DNA from: Anaerolineaceae bacterium
GTDB lineage: Bacteria; Chloroflexota; Anaerolineae; Anaerolineales; Anaerolineaceae
DNA length: 64,000 nucleotides
Assembly (NCBI GenBank): GCA_012839565.1
Contig: DUMZ01000007.1
Span: 110,939-174,938 of the forward strand
Direction: 5' to 3'
In this document: positions 58,854 through 64,000 of the stretch, piece by piece
How positions within the stretch are numbered: the first letter of the stretch is position 1
How the letters are laid out: the number at the start of each line of letters is the position of its first letter
Notes under the pieces: generated by a model
The model's input: only the letters and a program-made list of their open reading frames with translations
What the model was told of the DNA's origin: nothing
Databases searched by the model: none
Made by a program: the position numbers and the translations under genes

Positions 58854-59126
58854 TTACTTTCTGCGGATCTTCAGCTCTTCTGTAATTGCCAGGAAAGCAT
58901 CATAGTCCTTTTGGCGCAAATAAGCCAACAAACGGCGTCGGCGACCAACCAGCCTAAGCAAACCACGGCGTGAACTCTCATCGTGCTTGTTCGCGCGCAG
59001 GTGATCAGTTAGCGCGGAAATACGCTTGGACAGGATTGCAATTTGCACCTGGGGTGAACCAGTATCGCCAGGTTTGGTGGCGAACTTTTCGATAATATCA
59101 GTTTTTTCTTCTTTTGTAATTGACAT
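58854..59126 (-). CDS. rpsO: 30S ribosomal protein S15
   Basis: GDTGSPQVQIAILSKRISALTDHLRANKHDESSRRGLLRLVGRRRRLLAYL. Confidence 0.95.
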   Translation of the reverse strand: MSITKEEKTDIIEKFATKPGDTGSPQVQIAILSKRISALTDHLRANKHDESSRRGLLRLVGRRRRLLAYLRQKDYDAFLAITEELKIRRK

Positions 59127-59222
59127 GACGTCTGCTCCTAAATATTTTTTATGCAGGTCTCCTGGGTCGAAGCCGATGGGTAATTACTCATCAACCGCTC
59201 ACCCGACCAGTCACAACTTGTT

Positions 59223-59252
59223 ATTATACACGAAAAGCTCCTGCTTACGCAA
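59223..59252 (-). promoter_or_regulatory. Candidate rpsO promoter (-35 TTGCGT, 18-nt spacer, -10 TATAAT)
   Basis: Read on the minus strand. The -35 lies inside the loop/3' arm of the livM terminator hairpin. Confidence 0.4.
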
Positions 59253-59259
59253 GAGCTTT
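59233..59259 (-). terminator. Terminator after the liv operon
   Basis: Minus strand reads AAAGCTCTTGC-gtaa-GCAGGAGCTTTT. Confidence 0.6.
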
Positions 59260-59296
59260 ATAGAGTAAATTTGTATTTTTTAGAGATTGCAGGCTG

Positions 59297-60364
59297 TTAT
59301 TCTTCTTTTGGCATTGCCTTTTTCAAACCAAAACGTTCAAGAAGCATCTGCCAGCCTTGTTTTATCTTAAATCCACCGAGCTTCAAGCTACCCACGATGC
59401 CATAAGGCACAAAGAGCACGAAAATAACGTACACAACGCCGGTAACCAGTGGCGCGCTGTCTTTCATGATGCCACGCAGTGCCAAATCAAGCAGCTTGAT
59501 GACAAAAGCACCAACAATCGCCCCGCTCTGGGTGGCAATACCGCCAATCAACACAATCAACAAGCCCGTAACCGTATAGCCAAGGTCGGCAATAGTCGGA
59601 CTGACAATCGGTTGATAAAGGGTATGCAACACACCAGCTATTGAAGCAGTAAACGAAGCAATCAACATGACAACTACTTTGAAGATGGTTGTGTTATAGC
59701 CTAGCATCTTCGCGCGTGATTCATTCTCGCGAATCGAAACACACACACGTCCGGTGGGCGAGTCAATAAAGCGCTTATAGAAGATATACACGAGAACTAA
59801 TATGAGCAAGGCGACAACATAAAACCTTAAGCGCTCAATCGTTGGATCGATAAAGGCAGGTTTTGGAACACCTTGCAAGCCAACATCAGCACCAGTCCAC
59901 TTGATCATATCAGAAGACATAACAATGATATGGAACATGGAGGCCATACCAAGCGTAACCATCGTAAAGGTAACACCCTTGACACGTGGCAGAACAATGC
60001 TAAACAAAAACGCCTGCACAATTGAAGTGCCAACAATAATCAACAGCACCTGCCACAGAGGCAAGCCGAATGATTTCAAGGCAATACCAGTTGTATAAGC
60101 CGCGACAGCAAAGAACATGGTGTGTCCAAAACTCATCATACCGGTAACACCAAAAAGCAGGTCATAGCTCAAGGCGAAGATGGCAAGAATGAAGATTTCA
60201 ATTCCGATGCCTTCTAAATGCTTTGAAAAGGTGCCCTGATTGTTCCAGACTGCCACCGGGTTTGAGCCTTCAAAGAGCCCAATGATGAAGGGAAGCACGA
60301 GCATCACCGCTAAGAAAATCAGAATGCCCTTATTTCGACTTAGGAATGATTTGTTTTTGTTCAT
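59297..60364 (-). CDS. livM: Branched-chain amino acid ABC transporter permease (LivM type)
   Basis: Polytopic protein with a LivM-like core. Placed in the operon with livH/G/F. Confidence 0.85.
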   Translation of the reverse strand: MNKNKSFLSRNKGILIFLAVMLVLPFIIGLFEGSNPVAVWNNQGTFSKHLEGIGIEIFILAIFALSYDLLFGVTGMMSFGHTMFFAVAAYTTGIALKSFGLPLWQVLLIIVGTSIVQAFLFSIVLPRVKGVTFTMVTLGMASMFHIIVMSSDMIKWTGADVGLQGVPKPAFIDPTIERLRFYVVALLILVLVYIFYKRFIDSPTGRVCVSIRENESRAKMLGYNTTIFKVVVMLIASFTASIAGVLHTLYQPIVSPTIADLGYTVTGLLIVLIGGIATQSGAIVGAFVIKLLDLALRGIMKDSAPLVTGVVYVIFVLFVPYGIVGSLKLGGFKIKQGWQMLLERFGLKKAMPKEE

Positions 60365-60367
60365 AGC

Positions 60368-61909
60368 TTAGTCCTGCCTTCCCAAAAGTCCGTTCGGCAA
60401 AATGAGCAACACAATCACCATCAAAAGCATGGTGGATGCTGGGATAATTGCCGGAGTAGGTTTAAAGATAATGTCGGTAAATGGTATCGGGATACCAATT
60501 TGGCCGTATTTAATCATAAACTGTTGAATCAAGCCCACCATCAGCGAGCCAAGCGCCGCGCCCGGATAACTGGTAAGACCACCAATCGCCAAAGCGATCA
60601 GCGCATTGAGCAAGAATTTTTCACCCATCGACACCGACAAGCCATAGGATGGGGCGGAAAGCACGCCACCCAAAGCTGCCAGGCCTGCGCCTAAAGCAAA
60701 GACCAAGGTAAATACGCGTCTCACATTGATGCCCAGGGCTTCAACCATGTTACTGTCTTGCACACCAGCACGGATAATCATGCCAATGCGGGTTTTCTTG
60801 AGTAAGAGCCAGACCAAAACCAAAATAATCACACCCACAATGGGCAATACGATTTCATCATAAACCCGAACTCTTCCACCCAAAATCATAATAGTTGAAC
60901 AATGATGGGTGAACACGTCTTTAACCGTTGTCGCTGGACAACCTGGCCCACTACCCCTAAACATTTCCGGTTTGGGAATGACAAATTCTGGCATACCCCA
61001 AATGGCTTTCACCAGTTGCATACCGATTGTGCCAAGTCCTAGGGTGAGCATCAGCTGGTAGACCGGCCGGCTGTAAAGAGGTTGAATCATGGTGGTTTCC
61101 ATCAGCGCGCCCAGACCTATTCCACTTAGAACCGCAATGATTGCTGCAATAACAAACAACAAGTTGGTGTTCATATTCATCAGCCATTCCGTCAAGGGGG
61201 TATTAAAGGCCATGATTAAGGTGCCCAAGATAATTAAGATGCCAAAGACACGCCATTTTTTCCAGTGTAAGCTGTGCTGTCGGTTTTCCTTGTAGCGGAT
61301 TAACGCCAAACCAAATGCCAAAACCGCGCTTATCAAAAAGCTGCCATATAGCGCGACCATCGCGGGGATGCCCTTCGTTTCTGCTGGGCTAACCGGCAAG
61401 CGAATGCCTTGGTCAGCCATATAGGAAAAAGAAATGGGGCTCTGAGCGTAATTATCTAATTCCCACATCGCGATGGGATACCGCGGCAGAATTAAAACAG
61501 CCAGTACGACCGAAAGTACCACAAAGACCCAGCCCAAAATCTTCTTTTTCCTGGCATCCAACGTAATTTTATCAGCCAGGTAATCCCACAGAAAGCCAAG
61601 CGCGAAACCTGCCATCAAAAAGAGGATCAGCGGGGTGATGTCAATAAAAGTATCGGGGCGCACAAATACGGTCCAGCCGATATACGCGCCAATCATATAT
61701 AGCGTGCCCTGTGCCAGGTTGAGCACATCCAGCAAACCAAAAATGAGCGAAAAACCAGCTGCGACCAGGAATGTTACTGAGCCAACCGAGAAACCACGCA
61801 AGGTAGTAATCAGCAAATCACGGGGCTCCATCCCCCGACCAGCGAGCACCAAAAAAACGATAAAAGCAGCTATCAGAAGAATGCCAGTAATGTTAATTTT
61901 CTTTTTCAT
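60368..61909 (-). CDS. livH: Branched-chain amino acid ABC transporter permease (LivH type) with large internal insertion
   Basis: LivH N-terminal motif GSVTFLVAAGFSLIFGLLDVLNLAQGTLYMIGAY and a conserved C-terminal half. 513 aa versus about 300 typical. Confidence 0.8.
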   Translation of the reverse strand: MKKKINITGILLIAAFIVFLVLAGRGMEPRDLLITTLRGFSVGSVTFLVAAGFSLIFGLLDVLNLAQGTLYMIGAYIGWTVFVRPDTFIDITPLILFLMAGFALGFLWDYLADKITLDARKKKILGWVFVVLSVVLAVLILPRYPIAMWELDNYAQSPISFSYMADQGIRLPVSPAETKGIPAMVALYGSFLISAVLAFGLALIRYKENRQHSLHWKKWRVFGILIILGTLIMAFNTPLTEWLMNMNTNLLFVIAAIIAVLSGIGLGALMETTMIQPLYSRPVYQLMLTLGLGTIGMQLVKAIWGMPEFVIPKPEMFRGSGPGCPATTVKDVFTHHCSTIMILGGRVRVYDEIVLPIVGVIILVLVWLLLKKTRIGMIIRAGVQDSNMVEALGINVRRVFTLVFALGAGLAALGGVLSAPSYGLSVSMGEKFLLNALIALAIGGLTSYPGAALGSLMVGLIQQFMIKYGQIGIPIPFTDIIFKPTPAIIPASTMLLMVIVLLILPNGLLGRQD

Positions 61910-61921
61910 CTGTTTCTCCTT

Positions 61922-62644
61922 TTAGGCGACGCCCAGATAGCGTTGTATTTTGGCATGGTCATTGATTAATTCTGCCATCACACCGCGCTCAACGCTTTTA
62001 CCTTCTTCTATAATGACGTAATAGTCTGCCAGTTTACTGGTCACCAAAAAGTTTTGATCCACCAGGATTACTGTGCTTTGCTTGGCAAGTTGAGCGATAA
62101 CTTCAATCAGTTGTTCAATGATGACCGGTGCCAGCCCCTCACTCGGCTCATCAATCAAAAGCAGTCGGTTTTCAGGCACCAACGCGCGAGCGATAGCCAA
62201 CATCTGTTGTTGCCCACCAGAAAGCTCCGTTCCACGAAGATTGATGAACTTTTTCAAATCTGGGAAAAGCTCAAATATCATCTCACGCTTCGCGTCAAAG
62301 TCGCCCTTTTTACGTTCAGCGATGCGAAGATTTTCTAATACACTCAAATCTCTAAAAATAGCACGATGTTCGGGCACATAGCCGATATCGCGTTGGGCAA
62401 CTTCATATGGGGTTAGTCCTTGAATCTGTTGACCCTCAAAGAGGATTTGTCCCTCTCGGACATCGACCAGGTTCATGATAGATTTAAGCGTGGTCGTTTT
62501 TCCGGCTCCATTGCGTCCCAGAAGTGCCACAATGGACCCTTTAGGGACATCAAAAGTGACATTCTCCAGAATATGGTAATGAGTGATGTAGCTTTGAATT
62601 CCCTGGACTTCCAGAATGATTTCACTATGCGACGTCAATTTCAT
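61922..62644 (-). CDS. livF: Branched-chain amino acid ABC transporter ATP-binding protein (LivF type)
   Basis: GRNGAGKTT Walker A, LSGGQQQML signature, LLLIDEPS Walker B. I chose the start at MKLTSHSEIILEVQ (62644), which overlaps the livG stop by 20 nt. Confidence 0.85.
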   Translation of the reverse strand: MKLTSHSEIILEVQGIQSYITHYHILENVTFDVPKGSIVALLGRNGAGKTTTLKSIMNLVDVREGQILFEGQQIQGLTPYEVAQRDIGYVPEHRAIFRDLSVLENLRIAERKKGDFDAKREMIFELFPDLKKFINLRGTELSGGQQQMLAIARALVPENRLLLIDEPSEGLAPVIIEQLIEVIAQLAKQSTVILVDQNFLVTSKLADYYVIIEEGKSVERGVMAELINDHAKIQRYLGVA

Positions 62645-63401
62645 AAAGCCCTCCCAAGTACGCGGTTTGCACTTCTTGGTTGTTGGCAATTTCTGCGGGT
62701 TTTCCTTCTGCCAGCACTTTGCCATGATTCATCACGGTAATAACATCCGCATTTTCCATAACCACATTCATATTGTGCTCAACCAACAATACCGTTTTTG
62801 AACCTTGCGCCTGAACAGCACGAATGAGATCGATCAACTCTGGAACTTCCTCACCCGCCATGCCAGCGGTCGGTTCGTCAAGTAATAAAAGTTCAGGATC
62901 TGGCGCAAGGATCATGCCCAGTTCCAGTTTGCGTTGATCCCCATGTGACAAGAAACGACCAGGAACCATCGCTTTCTCAAACAAACCAACTTGTTTAAGA
63001 ACATCCCAACTGCGATCATCACAACCTTCAATCTTGCTTGGGTCACGCAAGATTTTGAAGTTATCGCCACGCATTGATTGCGCCGCCAGGCGCACATTTT
63101 CGAACGCGCTTAAGTTGGGGAAAATATTTGTAATCTGAAAAGAACGCCCAAGGCCCATATGAATCATGCGATGAACCGGCAGTTTTGTCAGGTCTTGTCC
63201 TTTATAAACCACATTACCACTGGTTGGCTTTAGCACACCACTAATAAGATTGAAAAGTGTTGTCTTGCCGGCGCCGTTAGGTCCAATAATCGCGTGCAAC
63301 GTGTTACGCTCGATTTGGATACTCACATCATCCACAGCAGCCAGGCCACCAAAGTAGCGGGTTAAATTATGTGTCTCTAAAATGATATCTTTTTGGGTCA
63401 T
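62625..63401 (-). CDS. livG: Branched-chain amino acid ABC transporter ATP-binding protein (LivG type)
   Basis: GPNGAGKTT, LSHGDQRKLE, LLLLDEPTAG. GAGGTGG SD. Confidence 0.9.
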   Translation of the reverse strand: MTQKDIILETHNLTRYFGGLAAVDDVSIQIERNTLHAIIGPNGAGKTTLFNLISGVLKPTSGNVVYKGQDLTKLPVHRMIHMGLGRSFQITNIFPNLSAFENVRLAAQSMRGDNFKILRDPSKIEGCDDRSWDVLKQVGLFEKAMVPGRFLSHGDQRKLELGMILAPDPELLLLDEPTAGMAGEEVPELIDLIRAVQAQGSKTVLLVEHNMNVVMENADVITVMNHGKVLAEGKPAEIANNQEVQTAYLGGLYEIDVA

Positions 63402-63473
63402 TGAGCCACCTCTGTATTAATGTAATATTTGGCGCCCTTATAAATAAGGGCGCCAAAAACTAAAGACGTAAAA

Positions 63474-64000
63474 CTAGTTTCCGCCAAGTGAACCCCAGGG
63501 GATTTCACCACAGCGATCTTTCAAAGCCTCAGGCAACAAGCAAGGAGGCTCAGGTCGGGTGGTATCCACAAAGGTATAGAACATGGCATTAGGATCAGTA
63601 AGGTTTTCGAGTGTCAGAATATACATATCCTGAATAGCGACGTGATCTTCGGGGCGGATATAGATCAAGCCCTTGGGACCTTCAAACTCGATTCCTTCCA
63701 TCGCAGCGACCAAGGTTTCGGGTTCAACATTACCGTTGGTTTTCTTGAGTGTTTCAACAATCATGATGGCAGCATTCATACCATCAGCATCGAAGAGATC
63801 AGGAACGGCTTCATAGCGAGCTTTGAGCTGTTCGATTAGGAAATCATTGATGGGGTTCTGTGGAGCACTGTAGTGGTAAACGATACCAGCAGTGGTGCCG
63901 ATCGCGTTGCTGTAGAAAACAGGCATCATCAGGTTATCAATGAAGGTGGTTCCAAGTTCTTTGGTATCGGTCACACCCTGATCAGCGGCGGCTTGCACAA
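63474..64000 (-). CDS. ABC transporter substrate-binding protein (LivJ/K-like), C-terminal part; gene continues beyond the window
   Basis: Open to the window edge. Type I periplasmic-binding-fold-like sequence. Sits upstream of livG in the operon. Confidence 0.65.
   Translation of the reverse strand, partial: VQAAADQGVTDTKELGTTFIDNLMMPVFYSNAIGTTAGIVYHYSAPQNPINDFLIEQLKARYEAVPDLFDADGMNAAIMIVETLKKTNGNVEPETLVAAMEGIEFEGPKGLIYIRPEDHVAIQDMYILTLENLTDPNAMFYTFVDTTRPEPPCLLPEALKDRCGEIPWGSLGGN

Overview
This is a 64-kb chromosomal window of roughly 50% GC, densely coding with about 56 CDS. By eye I found no rRNA, tRNA, CRISPR array, integrase or transposase. Gene content is mainly housekeeping for an anaerobic bacterium. 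The protein style (PT-rich linkers, PFOR, EF-G paralog, archaeal-type ProRS and Prx) suggests a Chloroflexota/Anaerolineae-like organism, but that taxon call is my inference and cannot be verified here. Recognisable genes are selB, a 2-hydroxyacid dehydrogenase, an M32 carboxypeptidase, perR-prx, an L,D-transpeptidase, exonuclease-fused dinG, nifJ/PFOR, dnaG-rpoD, an EF-G paralog, a DHH-CBS-CCA-adding enzyme fusion, a PP2C phosphatase plus OmpR-type regulator, tatD, trmI, rplY/ctc, proS, gap, rseP, uvrB, ino1, pnp-rpsO and a liv-type branched-chain amino-acid ABC transporter. Four GNAT acetyltransferases are also present. Two small low-GC islets (15.4-16.2 kb and 28.3-30.4 kb) look horizontally acquired. 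I do not see a recognisable defence or mobile system, and no candidate reaches a confident 'novel system' call. The candidates most worth follow-up are listed here.
- A UMF1-MFS / non-canonical Ddl-like ATP-grasp / GNAT operon lies next to ino1.
- A strongly paired, pseudoknot-capable RNA element sits in the 5' region of the small-membrane-protein/trmI operon (39076-39171).
- A recurrent TATAAT-N6-7-ATG (leaderless) architecture occurs on several DNA-repair genes.
- A translationally coupled trio of degenerate antiporter-like membrane subunits sits at the left edge.
- A coiled-coil gene is coupled to selB.
- PNPase carries an Arg/Gly-rich C-terminal tail.
All functional calls rest on motif recognition from the translated ORFs. 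No database search was possible.
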